DNA of 64,000 nt, taken from assembly GCA_049513715.1 (NCBI GenBank), contig JBEKVV010000003.1, positions 464,359 to 528,358 of the forward strand, in the 5' to 3' direction. Origin of the DNA: Candidatus Bathyarchaeia archaeon. Lineage in GTDB: Archaea; Thermoproteota; Bathyarchaeia; 40CM-2-53-6. The notes under the pieces are model-generated. The model did no database searches. It was not told where the DNA came from and saw only the letters and a program-made list of their open reading frames with translations. Position numbers and translations under genes: made by a program. This document shows, one piece after another, positions 9,626-20,256 of this stretch (positions are counted from its first letter, which is position 1; the number at the start of each line of letters is the position of its first letter).

Positions 9626-10690
9626 TCACGCGAAGTTGATGACGGTCTTAATGTCCTCTGGTTGAGGATCAAATGCCTGTTTGAATTCTTCGGGTTTTAG
9701 AACCAGCGTGAACATACGCGAGAGCACGTCGCCGAACCTCTGCTTGACCTGCCGAAGGTCTATCAGTCCCATCTCGAAGTAGCGCTTGTTTGCGTTTACT
9801 GAACCAAACAGCAGTTTATTTCTCAAAACCATCTCCCTGAGCATGTCACCGAATTGGAAAGTCGATTGAGATGCGTTATAGACGCCCAATAGGCATAGAA
9901 CACCGTTAGTTGAGAGGTGATTCATCGCGTCAAGGGCAACGGATGCGTTGCCGGTTCCCTCGATTATGATGTCGAAGGTTTTGCCGAGGGTCTCGAGTGA
10001 GGTTTGTGTTGCGTCAACGTATTGCGCTCCGACCGCGTCCACGAGACGCGCTTTCAAGTCATCCTTTGGCCTTCGGGCCATCGTGAAAACCTCCAAACTC
10101 CTCAACCTCAACAGGAAAGTTCCGAGTTGCCCAATCGGGCCTGCGCCAAGCATGAGGGCTGTCTTTGGCTCCCAAGCCATTCTCTTCTGGATCTGGTCGA
10201 TTTGGTATGTGGCCTTCTCAACTATGCTCGTTGGCTCCAGCAAAACCGCCACATCAGCGAGATCCGGTGGAACCTTCACCAGATAATTCGAATCCGAGAG
10301 GGCTAGGTCGGAGGCGAACCCATGGAGTTTGTAGATTCCATGCTCGAAGTAGTGTCCGGTTAGGCACATGTCGGATTCTCCCCGACTGCAATTCAAGCAA
10401 TTCTCGCGGCAAGAACGCCTAACAGTTGGAACAACTAGATCGCCTTTGGAAAATCCTTGGACGTTTGTCCCCGTGGCTTCAATGATGCCAAGAACTTCGT
10501 GCCCGGTCACCAAGAACTTTTCACCGTCAGGAGGGGCGCCGTAGAACCCGTCGTTAATGTCACGGTCAGTCCCGTCGATGCCTAATTTAGCGATCTTGAG
10601 AAGAACCTCGTTCTGTTTCGGTTGCGGCTGCTCAATCTCGGCCAGCTGAACTGAGCCCTTGGAACCTGGGGTGACCGTAATGGCTTTCAT
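9626..10690 (-). CDS. gdh: Glucose 1-dehydrogenase (zinc-dependent MDR family)
   Basis: GIDGTD, GHE, VPTVRR, C..C..C..GESDMC, GAGPIG, GSVNA. Confidence 0.9.
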   Translation of the reverse strand: MKAITVTPGSKGSVQLAEIEQPQPKQNEVLLKIAKLGIDGTDRDINDGFYGAPPDGEKFLVTGHEVLGIIEATGTNVQGFSKGDLVVPTVRRSCRENCLNCSRGESDMCLTGHYFEHGIYKLHGFASDLALSDSNYLVKVPPDLADVAVLLEPTSIVEKATYQIDQIQKRMAWEPKTALMLGAGPIGQLGTFLLRLRSLEVFTMARRPKDDLKARLVDAVGAQYVDATQTSLETLGKTFDIIIEGTGNASVALDAMNHLSTNGVLCLLGVYNASQSTFQFGDMLREMVLRNKLLFGSVNANKRYFEMGLIDLRQVKQRFGDVLSRMFTLVLKPEEFKQAFDPQPEDIKTVINFA

Positions 10691-10788
10691 GGGTTCTGAA
10701 CGGCACAACACATCAAATTAAACAATAATATCCTAGCCAACATACCCCAACTGATCCGGAAACGAGTAGCTAAGGATTGGCGTAATCC

Positions 10789-11619
10789 ATGATTGACATG
10801 ATTACCGTTCTGTTGATTTCGATTCTTGCGGGCTTCATGGGAGCTTTGACTGGGTTAGGTGGTGGAAGCATCATGATACCTATCCTCGTCGCCTTCGGTG
10901 TCCCAGTGAAGTATGCCATCGCTGCGAGTATGGTAACCATAATCGCTACCTCTAGCGGCTCAGCCGCATCATACGTGAAAGAACGCATAACAAACGTAAA
11001 GGCTGCATTCTACCTTGAAATGTTCACTATAACGGGAGCAATAATCGGTGCCACTATCACATCGTTCATAGCACCTAAGCTGTTGTACTTCTTCTTCGCC
11101 GCTTTCCTTCTCACCTCTTTCTATGGCCTATCGGGGCACCTCAAGGAGGATTTCCCGAAGCAATTCAAACAAGACAAGTTCTCAAGATGGTTGGAATTAC
11201 GCGGCAGCTACTACGATCAGGCTGCTGGAAAGCAGGTCGACTACGAGATGACAAACGCGCGCCTGGGTGGCCCTGGAATGATTGTTGCCGGGCTGGCAGC
11301 AGGTATGCTTGGCATAGGGGCAGGGGCGTTCAAAGTATCAATTCATGAGCTGATACTCAAGATGCCATCCAAAGTCTCCAGTACAACGAGTAATTTCATC
11401 ATTGGCATAACGGCGCTGGCTGGGGCAAGCGTCTATTTCTCTACGGGCCTACTTTTCATTGGTTTAGCTGCGCCGATGGCCGTGGGAACGACTGTTGGAG
11501 CTGTGGCGGGGGGGAGAGTTCTCAACCGCCTCCCGAGTCGATTCGTTCGATACCTATTCTTGGTGATTGTGTGCGGGCTGATTATTCAGATGCTTTACAA
11601 GGGGGTTACTTCCCCGTGA
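10789..11619 (+). CDS. Sulfite exporter TauE/SafE family membrane protein
   Basis: Duplicated GALTGLGGG / AGMLGIGAG motifs, ~8 TM. Confidence 0.88.
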   Translation: MIDMITVLLISILAGFMGALTGLGGGSIMIPILVAFGVPVKYAIAASMVTIIATSSGSAASYVKERITNVKAAFYLEMFTITGAIIGATITSFIAPKLLYFFFAAFLLTSFYGLSGHLKEDFPKQFKQDKFSRWLELRGSYYDQAAGKQVDYEMTNARLGGPGMIVAGLAAGMLGIGAGAFKVSIHELILKMPSKVSSTTSNFIIGITALAGASVYFSTGLLFIGLAAPMAVGTTVGAVAGGRVLNRLPSRFVRYLFLVIVCGLIIQMLYKGVTSP

Positions 11620-12002
11620 CCCAAGCATCAGGCGAAGAGAAACTGGACCGGGCAATCAGCTACATTCTAATTGTGGGCGTGATTGCGAGCGTTCTGACTG
11701 AAACAGCTGGAATCATCAGCTATTACTTCACACAGGGAAACCTCAGCATCACCTTTCAACCTGGCGATTCCTTGAAAGGAGTTGACTTTTTTAATTATAG
11801 AGGTCAAACGATTCAGAGCCTTCTCTTGGGGGGATGGACTCCCCTTCACATTATGGGATTAGGTATCGTACTGCTTATGATTACCCCGTACCTGAGAGTC
11901 GTCGCCTCAGTTTTCTACTTCAGTGTAGCCAAGAACCTGAAGTACCTAGCCATTACGGTCTTTGTCCTCGTTGTTTTGACAGCCAGCCTCATCATTCATT
12001 GA
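11616..12002 (+). CDS. DUF1634-type membrane protein (usual partner of TauE)
   Basis: GIVLLMITPYLRVVAS motif; GTGA overlap with the TauE gene. Confidence 0.8.
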   Translation: MTQASGEEKLDRAISYILIVGVIASVLTETAGIISYYFTQGNLSITFQPGDSLKGVDFFNYRGQTIQSLLLGGWTPLHIMGLGIVLLMITPYLRVVASVFYFSVAKNLKYLAITVFVLVVLTASLIIH

Positions 12003-12098
12003 TCTAACACCAAAGCTCCAATTCATGAATAGAGCGTCCTCACCAAACTAATTAGTGACCGTCCGGGTGATTCCGTCCCCCAAACCTGCTGATGTGCT

Positions 12099-13094
12099 AT
12101 GAACCCGGTTGAAGTCAGAGCACTTTCAAAGACCTTCGTTACCAAAGAGGGCCCCCTGTTTCGGAAAAGCCCGAAGACGCTTGTCGCAGTGGACGACATA
12201 AGTTTCAATGTTCCAAAAGGGGAAATATTCGGCCTCCTCGGGCCGAACGGTGCAGGTAAGACAACCACAATCAAAATGCTTTGCACATTGATCACCCCGA
12301 CCTCTGGAGACGCTCTGGTCGGTGGGTTCAGCGTTGCAAAGGACCAGCAAAAAGTACGCGAGAATCTTGGCGTAATGTTAACTGGGGAACGCACTCTTTA
12401 CTGGAAATTGACTGGCCGAGAGAACCTTGAATATTTCGCAGCTCTATACCACCTTGACCCATCCTTCGCCAAGAAACGAATCGAGGAACTCCTAGCCCTA
12501 ATGGGTTTGAAGGACCGCGAGAACACCCTCGTTGAGAATTATTCCACCGGCATGCGGATACGGCTCTCCTTCACGAAAGCATTGCTCAACGACGCGCCAG
12601 TGTTGTTGTTTGATGAACCAACCGCAAGCCTCGATCCCCAATCATCGCGGTTGATTCGGGACACAATTCACAGTCTAAAGCAGGAAGGACATGCGATTCT
12701 TCTCACGACTCATAACATGGAAGAGGCTGACCTTCTGAGCGACAGGGTCGCCATAATTGACCATGGAAAAATCGTTGCCTTGGATTCCCCCACACAGCTG
12801 AAGGAGAAAGTGAAGAGTAGCGACGTTATTGAAATCGAAGCCCGCAACATATCCGACCAGACCGCCAAAACACTAGAATCCTTCAGTGAAGTCTCCAAGG
12901 TAGCTATCTCATCAATTGACGGCTCCGACGATAAGGGTCTGCTGCGAGTACATGTTCAGAAGGGCAAGGAAGTTTTGCCTAAGATTTTGGAATTCTTGGT
13001 TCGCAAAGAAGTCACCATAACCAAAGTGGCATTCATCGAGCCCACTCTCGAAGACGTCTTCATTTCTCAAACTGGCAGGAGCCTAAGAGATTAG
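12099..13094 (+). CDS. ABC-2 exporter ATP-binding protein
   Basis: GPNGAGKTT, YSTGM, LLFDEPT, TTH. Confidence 0.93.
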   Translation: MNPVEVRALSKTFVTKEGPLFRKSPKTLVAVDDISFNVPKGEIFGLLGPNGAGKTTTIKMLCTLITPTSGDALVGGFSVAKDQQKVRENLGVMLTGERTLYWKLTGRENLEYFAALYHLDPSFAKKRIEELLALMGLKDRENTLVENYSTGMRIRLSFTKALLNDAPVLLFDEPTASLDPQSSRLIRDTIHSLKQEGHAILLTTHNMEEADLLSDRVAIIDHGKIVALDSPTQLKEKVKSSDVIEIEARNISDQTAKTLESFSEVSKVAISSIDGSDDKGLLRVHVQKGKEVLPKILEFLVRKEVTITKVAFIEPTLEDVFISQTGRSLRD

Positions 13095-13095
13095 A

Positions 13096-13935
13096 ATGAA
13101 TACTATTTCCGGCCCTCGAGCGGTAGCGGGCGCATTAGCCGCGATTTTCTGGAAAGGAATCAAACATTACACCCGGTACCCAGGCAACTTCCTACTGTAC
13201 CTCGTGATACCATTCCTGTTCACATCCCTCATCTTTGGGATGGGGCAGTTCGTGGGAGGCGGAAATGCCGCGTTGAATTTTGCCGCTCGTACTGGGACAC
13301 AAAATGTTTTGGTCTATGAGGTTCTGGGGAGTGCTGTCTGGATGGTAAGTTGGGTTGTAGTGGAGGATGTTGGCGTGGCGCTGCGTGATGAGCAAATGAA
13401 AGGGACGCTTGAGCAAAACTTTCTAGCGCCCGTAAGCCGTGTCACACTTCTAATTGGCCTCAGCCTGACGGATATTGTGATTACAGCGGGGATCTTCTTC
13501 ATTGTTGTTGGAGTTACGGTTGCAGTTACACTCCCCGCGGCCTTCGCCAGCTTACTCGAAGCCTATCTGGCCCTGTTGGTGGGCCTGATCCCACTGTTCG
13601 GGATCGGGTTTCTCTTCGCGGGGTTCGTTGTTAGGTTCAAAGAGCCTTACGTCTTCACCCAAATCGTCAACCTTCTCTTCGCAACGCTGACCGGGACATA
13701 CTATCCCGTAACACTCCTTCCTTACTGGGTTCAATTACTCTCCAGGACATTACCACAGACTTACGTCATTGATGACATGCGCAAGATTGTTCTCGCAAAT
13801 CAAACCCTTGTCAGCCTATACGGAAGCGTCTTCATTTTACTTGCATTGGCTGTAGCTTACCCAACTCTCGGCTACGCCATTTTCAAGCACATTGAGAAAC
13901 GTGCGGGTGTTACAGGTGAATTCTCAAAGTACTAG
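13096..13935 (+). CDS. ABC-2 exporter permease
   Basis: EQMKGTLEQ, 6 TM, YYPV..LP. Confidence 0.88.
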   Translation: MNTISGPRAVAGALAAIFWKGIKHYTRYPGNFLLYLVIPFLFTSLIFGMGQFVGGGNAALNFAARTGTQNVLVYEVLGSAVWMVSWVVVEDVGVALRDEQMKGTLEQNFLAPVSRVTLLIGLSLTDIVITAGIFFIVVGVTVAVTLPAAFASLLEAYLALLVGLIPLFGIGFLFAGFVVRFKEPYVFTQIVNLLFATLTGTYYPVTLLPYWVQLLSRTLPQTYVIDDMRKIVLANQTLVSLYGSVFILLALAVAYPTLGYAIFKHIEKRAGVTGEFSKY

Positions 13936-14752
13936 CTCAACACTCAAAGGCCTTAGGGAATTCAAGGCCGCCTTCCTGAAGGATCTGCGTTCCTACTTGC
14001 GCTACCCAGCATGGATGATAGGCGAATTCATCAGCACACCAATGTGGTTTTTCTTCTTCGCCCTCGGCGTAACACTCTTCACCCCAACAACGCCCACCAC
14101 CAAAGCGACTTCGGGAGGCGGTTTCAGCTTCTTTTTCCTAGGTTTCATTTTCATAACTCTCTTCGGCACTGCTGTTTGGGGCATAGGGCAGAGTGTGAGA
14201 ACCGAGCAGACTGCCGGAACATTAGAGCAGTTCTTCTTGGCACCGGCTAATAGGGTAACGCTCATAATTGGTAGATGGGCGCGGGTTTTCCTAACCAGCA
14301 CGCTCATCATAGGTTACACTACCGTTGTACTCTACCTTCTCGGCGGGGGCGCGATTCAACTATTGAACCCACTGCTCTTCTTCTTCTCCCTCGGCCTTTA
14401 CGAGGTGGGCCTAATCGGATTCGGAATTCTTATGGCCGGCTTAACAATGCGACTGAAATCCTACAATACAATTTCGAACTTGATATTCTTCGGCTACATC
14501 ATAGTAACAGGAGCACTATTTCCAATCACGCTTATTCCGACACCCTTCCGGTACATCTCTTTGGCTATTCCCTTCACCTACTTCATCGACCTTATGCGAC
14601 ACGCAGCACTGGACTCCCCTACGATCCTACCAGAGATCACTGAATACATCGTTGCCTTCCTGCTCTCAATTTCAATGCTCATAGTGGGATTTGTGGCGTT
14701 CAACAAGATTGAGGAAGAAGCACGCGTTCGCGGCAGCATCGCAACGAGTTAA
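13892..14752 (+). CDS. ABC-2 exporter permease (start possibly 13916)
   Basis: EQTAGTLEQ, GALFPI..IP, 6 TM. Confidence 0.88.
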   Translation: MRNVRVLQVNSQSTSSTLKGLREFKAAFLKDLRSYLRYPAWMIGEFISTPMWFFFFALGVTLFTPTTPTTKATSGGGFSFFFLGFIFITLFGTAVWGIGQSVRTEQTAGTLEQFFLAPANRVTLIIGRWARVFLTSTLIIGYTTVVLYLLGGGAIQLLNPLLFFFSLGLYEVGLIGFGILMAGLTMRLKSYNTISNLIFFGYIIVTGALFPITLIPTPFRYISLAIPFTYFIDLMRHAALDSPTILPEITEYIVAFLLSISMLIVGFVAFNKIEEEARVRGSIATS

Positions 14753-14784
14753 GCAGCACTCAGATCGTTTCTGGTGTTAGTAGT

Positions 14785-15759
14785 TTGGAATTCAAAGAAC
14801 TGGGAAAATCCGGAATCAAAGTTTCCGCAATAGGTTTGGGAACTTGGCAGTGGGGAAGCCGAGAATGGGGATGGAGTCGGTCGTACGGCAAGAAGGACGT
14901 CCTTGACGCCTTCCAGAAAGCGCTAGGAGTTGGCATCAACTTCATTGACACCGCTGAAATCTACGGCGGTGGTAAATCAGAGGAGCTAATCGGCGAAGCA
15001 ATTCGCGACCACCGTGACGAAGTTGTGATTGCTTCGAAAGTCTGGCCTTTGAACTTCAGTTATGGCCGCCTGTTAAGAGCGGTTGACCACTCGTTGCGCC
15101 GGTTGGGTGTTGACGTCATCGACCTTTGCCAACTGCACTGGCCGAACCCAATCGTCCCGATTGCGACCACAATGAGAGCGATGAAGAAACTCCTCCAACA
15201 TGGAAAAATCCGTTGTTTGGGCGTAAGCAACTTTGGCCTGAAGAAGATGAAAGCCGCTCAAGAAGCGTCCGCCCCACTAGAACTCGCGTCGAATCAAGTG
15301 AAGTACAACCTACTCGAAAGAAGCGTGGAGACGGAGCTTCTCCCGTATGCAGAAAGCGAGAGAATTTCAATCATAGCCTACAGCCCTCTTGGAAAAGGCC
15401 TGCTTACTGGTAAATACAATGCAGGTAGTTACCCAAGCAGCTTCGTTCAAAGAACGAATGCTAAATTCTCAACGCGCAACCTGACCCGGCTTGAGGGAGT
15501 AAACCACGTGCTGTCTGAATTGGGAACCGCTCACGGGAAAACGCCATCGCAAGTTGCCCTGAACTGGCTAATTGACAAAGAGCAAGTAATCGCCATTCCT
15601 GGCGTGAAACGAGCAGAAAATGTATTGGATGATGCTGGGGCAGTGGGGTGGCGACTGTCTGTCGATGAAGTTCTGAAACTGGAAGGGGCTGCGGCAAGCG
15701 TGAGTTTTGACAAACTGAGCGGCCTCCCGAATCTGTTGAGGGCGTTGGTTCCTCATTGA
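14785..15759 (+). CDS. Aldo/keto reductase
   Basis: GLGTWQWG, DTAEIYG, ASK, QLHWP, GVSNF, AYSPL, IPG. Confidence 0.93.
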   Translation: MEFKELGKSGIKVSAIGLGTWQWGSREWGWSRSYGKKDVLDAFQKALGVGINFIDTAEIYGGGKSEELIGEAIRDHRDEVVIASKVWPLNFSYGRLLRAVDHSLRRLGVDVIDLCQLHWPNPIVPIATTMRAMKKLLQHGKIRCLGVSNFGLKKMKAAQEASAPLELASNQVKYNLLERSVETELLPYAESERISIIAYSPLGKGLLTGKYNAGSYPSSFVQRTNAKFSTRNLTRLEGVNHVLSELGTAHGKTPSQVALNWLIDKEQVIAIPGVKRAENVLDDAGAVGWRLSVDEVLKLEGAAASVSFDKLSGLPNLLRALVPH

Positions 15760-15851
15760 GGCGACTGGATGCTGTTTTCGGCAGTTTGCTTCATCTGGAA
15801 GCTTTAAGCGAAAGATATCGTATTTACGGTCTGCTTCAAGGGCGCATATGA

Positions 15852-16892
15852 TTGGTGGCTGAACTTCGTCTGGGTTATTGGGCGGCCCAGGAGCAGTACG
15901 ACCCGCAAAGGCTGCTCCAGTACACGGTCCAAGCCGAAGTTGTGGGGTTCGACATTATCGTCACCAGCGACCATTTTCACCCGTGGGGTGACACGGGTGG
16001 CCAAGCTGGATTTCCTTGGGTATGGATGGCGTCGGCTGCAGAGAAAACTCGAAAAGTTGAAGTTGGGACCGCAGTCACGACCCCACTGTTCCGCTACCAC
16101 CCCGCAATCGTTGCACAGGCTTTCGCAACCCTCGACAACCTTTACCCGGGTCGAATTTTCGTCACACTCGGAACCGGACATGCGATGAATGAGATACCTC
16201 TTGGGTTTAAGTGGCCTGGGTTTGAGGAGAAGATTGCCAGACTCCAAGAATCAATTGAGATCATTCAGAAACTTTGGAAAGGCGACTTTGTGACCTACGA
16301 GGGCAAATACTACCAACTGAACAAAGCGAAACTCTACACGAAGCCGAAGATGAAGATCCCGGTGTACCTGGCCACTTCGAATGAGCGGGTTGCACGAATC
16401 GCAGGTCAGTTCTGCGACGGAATTCTGACGAACCCTCGAGGGCTTGAACGTTTCATGAAGATTGTCGGGGCCATGGAGATGGCTGCAATGAAAGTTGGGC
16501 GGGACCCATCAAAACTCAGTAAGAGTATGGAGTTCAAAGTAGCGTATGACATTGATTACAACCGGGCCTTGAAGTCGGCGATGTTCTGGGCAACAACAGC
16601 AATCCCCCGCGAAAAAAGAGAGAATGTCTGGGACCCGCGGGAACTTGAAGCGCTCGTCGGGCCTGAGGAAGAGCGACAGATCAAAGAGTCGTGGTTAATC
16701 ACCACGGACTCAGACGACATTATCAAGAGGCTTGGTGAGTTTTTGAAAATGGGCTTTGACCGCGTGTACATTCACAGCGCAAGCCCAATTGAGGAAAGAT
16801 TCCTCAGCCTGCTGGGACGCGAGATTCTACCATGGATGCGCGAGTACTACGAGAACCTATTCAAGCCTGTGCGTACTGTGACTGTGGACTGA
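15852..16892 (+). CDS. LLM-class F420-dependent oxidoreductase (glucose-6-phosphate dehydrogenase-like family)
   Basis: EQYDP, SDHFHPW, GTAVTTP..RYHPAIVAQAFATL, GTGHAMNE. Confidence 0.85.
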   Translation: MVAELRLGYWAAQEQYDPQRLLQYTVQAEVVGFDIIVTSDHFHPWGDTGGQAGFPWVWMASAAEKTRKVEVGTAVTTPLFRYHPAIVAQAFATLDNLYPGRIFVTLGTGHAMNEIPLGFKWPGFEEKIARLQESIEIIQKLWKGDFVTYEGKYYQLNKAKLYTKPKMKIPVYLATSNERVARIAGQFCDGILTNPRGLERFMKIVGAMEMAAMKVGRDPSKLSKSMEFKVAYDIDYNRALKSAMFWATTAIPREKRENVWDPRELEALVGPEEERQIKESWLITTDSDDIIKRLGEFLKMGFDRVYIHSASPIEERFLSLLGREILPWMREYYENLFKPVRTVTVD

Positions 16893-16954
16893 TGGAAACG
16901 TCGTCACAGGAGCGTTGACGTCAAGCAAGGCTGACAACGCGTTTCAGATTTTCC

Positions 16955-17473
16955 TCATTTGCTCCATCTGTCAACATGCGCAAGTACGTCCTCGTGTAAC
17001 CTCGCGATTTCTTCTCGACGAGTTTTTGAGAGATCAACGAATTTCAATTCAAGCCAGGCGTTATGGGAGGGTGCATCCTCGAGTTCGCCGAGAAACAGGA
17101 ATTCTAAGTCCCAATGTTCTTCATCTCCATAGATTTCGGAGATGATACGCGGTCCTTCCAAATTCTCATTTTCCAACCCTAGCTGTTCTTTCAGAATTCT
17201 TGTTGAAGCTTCTTGTGGGGATTCCCCGAAAATGAGACCTGAAGAGGGGAGCATCCATCCCCTACTATGCCTCTTGACTCTTTCCAAGTCAAGCGCGCCA
17301 ATGTGATCCCATGGCGCATTCTTGTTTAGGTGACCCATCAAGACCTTGTTCGGATAGCCCCTCTTCGAGATAATGAGGAACGCAGAGATACAGAATCCGC
17401 CTTCGGGGATTTCTTTGATTCTAGGTTCGGCAACATCTCTTTTGAAGTGGGCGAATCTTCTGCTCGTTGTCAT
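16955..17473 (-). CDS. NUDIX-fold protein with degenerate Nudix box
   Basis: WMLPSSGLIFGESPQEASTRILKEQLG. Confidence 0.7.
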   Translation of the reverse strand: MTTSRRFAHFKRDVAEPRIKEIPEGGFCISAFLIISKRGYPNKVLMGHLNKNAPWDHIGALDLERVKRHSRGWMLPSSGLIFGESPQEASTRILKEQLGLENENLEGPRIISEIYGDEEHWDLEFLFLGELEDAPSHNAWLELKFVDLSKTRREEIARLHEDVLAHVDRWSK

Positions 17474-17540
17474 GGTTCATTTGAGAGAGCGCTAAGCAAT
17501 CTAAGTCCTACGTCGACCGTACAAATCGGCGCATCCAAAA

Positions 17541-18698
17541 TCAGGAGGTGACGGAGTGGTGCCATCTGAGAATATACTCCGGTAGTCTGAGGCCGCGCTC
17601 GGCGACTTTTTCGACCAAGTAAATTGGGAGCGGGCTTAGAGCAAACGCGGTTTTGATGTAGAAACTATTCGGCCTTCCTTGGACCCCGTCGCCTTTGATT
17701 GTGAATGAGAGGTCCGAGGCTGCGGCTATTGTGCTGTCCGGGTTGCCTATAATGGAAGCAACCTTCGCTCCCATGCGTTTGAAATTCTTACACCAACCGG
17801 CCACGATCTCAGTCTCGCCGCTGTTCGAAATGACAACAAGAACGTCGCCTGCACGTGGTGCAGGAGTGTTCGATTCTCCGGCCACGTAAATTTGGTCACC
17901 TATCGCACGTTTCACATGCCCCACACGGACCGCGGTCATGCGGGCAACTTCCCTTCCGCTACCTAACCCAACGAAGAAGCAGGAATGCCTTTGCTCCAAC
18001 GAATCCACCAAGGATTTGAAGAAATCCGAAGTGACCATCTCATCAACAAGGGATCCAATCTCACCGAACAACTCTTTTGATCGTGCTAATACCCGGTCTG
18101 CCTGCGCTTCCTCATAAAGCGCCTCGCCGATAGCTTGGAAGAGCACTCCGGTACCCAGAATGAAGAGGTCTTCGAGAATGCCCGTGGTTCTGAACTCCTT
18201 CGATTCGGTCGGCACCTCTTCAGACTCTCGCCCTTTCAAAACGAGCACGTTACCGTAGCGTGCTCCGAGCTTCCCGATTGGGGAATCACGCTCAGAGGTG
18301 ACAGCGTCGATGTGGAAATCTCGCGGATTGCCATGTTGAGCTATGTACATGGCCAATTGTTGGGCGTCGAGTAATGGCATTAGGGATTTGCCACTGCCCG
18401 AGTTGATCAGCAGACAAACTTGGCCGAACCGTTGTTTCAGAATCGGGGCGGCCTCTAGAATATTCCTTCCGGGAAAGCCAATGTCGCCACGGTCGAGTAC
18501 AAGTTTTCCTTGGCGCATCTTCGCTAATTCGCTGCATGCAATGCTTAACGCTCCTTTTGAGCGTCCTTCTCCTGAGGGGAGAATTACACCCGCGCCCATG
18601 ATGTCGTGGTAGAGCGCTTCAATTTCGTTTCGATTAGCTTTGTCTAGGTTTTCGAAGATGCGATTTACGAACGTCATGCTGCTGATTTCGGTTGGCAT
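17541..18698 (-). CDS. Tandem SIS-domain protein (6-phospho-3-hexuloisomerase-like)
   Basis: Two halves: SGEGRS...INSGSGKS...SPIG and GLGSGR...GDVLVVISNSGET...STIA. Confidence 0.75.
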   Translation of the reverse strand: MPTEISSMTFVNRIFENLDKANRNEIEALYHDIMGAGVILPSGEGRSKGALSIACSELAKMRQGKLVLDRGDIGFPGRNILEAAPILKQRFGQVCLLINSGSGKSLMPLLDAQQLAMYIAQHGNPRDFHIDAVTSERDSPIGKLGARYGNVLVLKGRESEEVPTESKEFRTTGILEDLFILGTGVLFQAIGEALYEEAQADRVLARSKELFGEIGSLVDEMVTSDFFKSLVDSLEQRHSCFFVGLGSGREVARMTAVRVGHVKRAIGDQIYVAGESNTPAPRAGDVLVVISNSGETEIVAGWCKNFKRMGAKVASIIGNPDSTIAAASDLSFTIKGDGVQGRPNSFYIKTAFALSPLPIYLVEKVAERGLRLPEYILRWHHSVTS

Positions 18699-18942
18699 TT
18701 TCTTTTCACAGTTCTCGCTGAGGCGCCATTTTAGTCTTGAAGGAGAACGAGAATAAGTGGTTTCGCCTCCATGGGCTTCGTATGCAGTGGGTCCCTGTGG
18801 TCTGGTTGGCCTATGGTTTTGATGATGACGCTTCCTGCAACGTCACGCATTATTCTCGGTCAAGCTTCTTTCCAGCTGCGGTAATTATGGCACCTTCTTA
18901 AGTAGCATCATTTCGGATACGCCTTTCGAGGTTCGTCTGACC

Positions 18943-19497
18943 TTGAAAAAACAGGTAACGGTTTCGCAGCAGACAACCTCGACTACAACTACGTGGATAC
19001 CGGAGCTAGAATCCATCCTGGATTCTTCTTTATCACATGGAAAAAAAGTGGTTTTCGTGGGGATGGGACACCCACTTCGAAGAGATGATTATGCCGGCAG
19101 CTACATTGCGAAGAAACTGAAATCAATCACAAACGGCACATCGCGAAACGGCTTCTACGTTTTCGACGGCGAAGACAATGTTGAGGCCTTGATTACAGGG
19201 ATAGGCGACCTTGCTCCTGATCATGTTGTTTTTGTTGACGCTTGTGAGATGAAAGCAGAACCGGGCGAGACGCAACTAGTCTCAATAGAGCGGACAAGTT
19301 ACCCGTTCTTCACAACACATGGAATACCGCTCAAACTCATTGCGGAGCAACTATTGCCGAAGAGCCAAGTGTGGCTCCTGGCGATTCAACCGAAGGACAC
19401 TTACTTCGGTGAGCAATTGACGCCGGAAATTCGGCGCGTCTCCAACTCAATAGTGAACTCAATTCTGAGAATACTGAAGGAGGGCGCTAACAATTGA
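18943..19497 (+). CDS. hycI: Hydrogenase maturation endopeptidase (HycI-like)
   Basis: VGMGHPLRRDDYAG, VFVDA, TTHGIPL, IQP. Confidence 0.88.
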   Translation: MKKQVTVSQQTTSTTTTWIPELESILDSSLSHGKKVVFVGMGHPLRRDDYAGSYIAKKLKSITNGTSRNGFYVFDGEDNVEALITGIGDLAPDHVVFVDACEMKAEPGETQLVSIERTSYPFFTTHGIPLKLIAEQLLPKSQVWLLAIQPKDTYFGEQLTPEIRRVSNSIVNSILRILKEGANN

Positions 19498-19841
19498 TAG
19501 TGAGCGTAGACCTTTTGGTTGTAATCTGGTCGGTTATCCTATTCGTACTGGCATTCTATTTCGCCGTAGGTAAGCTCGGCAAGGTAAGTACTGGAACCGG
19601 AACCAAGTTTGACGCATTCTCGGGAGGAGAGGAACTGCCCCCTGAGCGTGGCAAGTATCATTCGGAGTTGTTTGTTTATGCGGCGCTGTTTGTTGCGTTC
19701 GAGGTGGTTGGGCTGTTGATTGCTAGCTCAATTGCCGCACGAGGGTTGTTGTGGCCGCTCCTGTTCACTCTAGCGGGTGGTTTCTCGTTGTTTGTTCTGA
19801 TGGTTTGGTTTGTGGGAACTGGAGGCGCAGAGCTTGCTTGA
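19494..19841 (+). CDS. Membrane-bound hydrogenase subunit, NuoA-like
   Basis: 3 TM, F.GGE loop, ALFVAFEV. Confidence 0.75.
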   Translation: MIVSVDLLVVIWSVILFVLAFYFAVGKLGKVSTGTGTKFDAFSGGEELPPERGKYHSELFVYAALFVAFEVVGLLIASSIAARGLLWPLLFTLAGGFSLFVLMVWFVGTGGAELA

Positions 19842-20256
19842 AAAATTAGCCGTTTGGGCAAGGAAACGTTCACCGTGGGTGTTCCACATCAACGCGTCAT
19901 CTTGCAACGGCTGCGACATCGAACTCGTCGCTGCCCTAACACCAACGTACGACATTGAAAGATTCGGCGCTGTACTCGTACCCAGCCCGAGGCATGCCGA
20001 TGTTCTCATTGTGACTGGGGTTGTCAACGCACAGACGAAGGACAGGTTGAGACGTGTCTACGAACAGATGCCTGAGCCGAAGCACGTCATCGCACTTGGT
20101 GCTTGTGCAGCGGCAGGCGGAGTCTTCAAAGGCTGTTATAATGCTGGACAAGGGATCCAAGACGTGATCCCAGTTGACATGTTTGTTCCAGGCTGCCCAC
20201 CCAGGCCTGAAGCCATAATGTATGGGGTTCTGAAGCTGCTGGGGGAGGTAAAGTAA
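19834..20256 (+). CDS. Group 4 [NiFe]-hydrogenase small subunit (NuoB-like)
   Basis: SCNGCDIE, SPRHAD, GACA..GG, PGCPPRP; TTG start after GGAGG. Confidence 0.93.
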   Translation: MLEKLAVWARKRSPWVFHINASSCNGCDIELVAALTPTYDIERFGAVLVPSPRHADVLIVTGVVNAQTKDRLRRVYEQMPEPKHVIALGACAAAGGVFKGCYNAGQGIQDVIPVDMFVPGCPPRPEAIMYGVLKLLGEVK

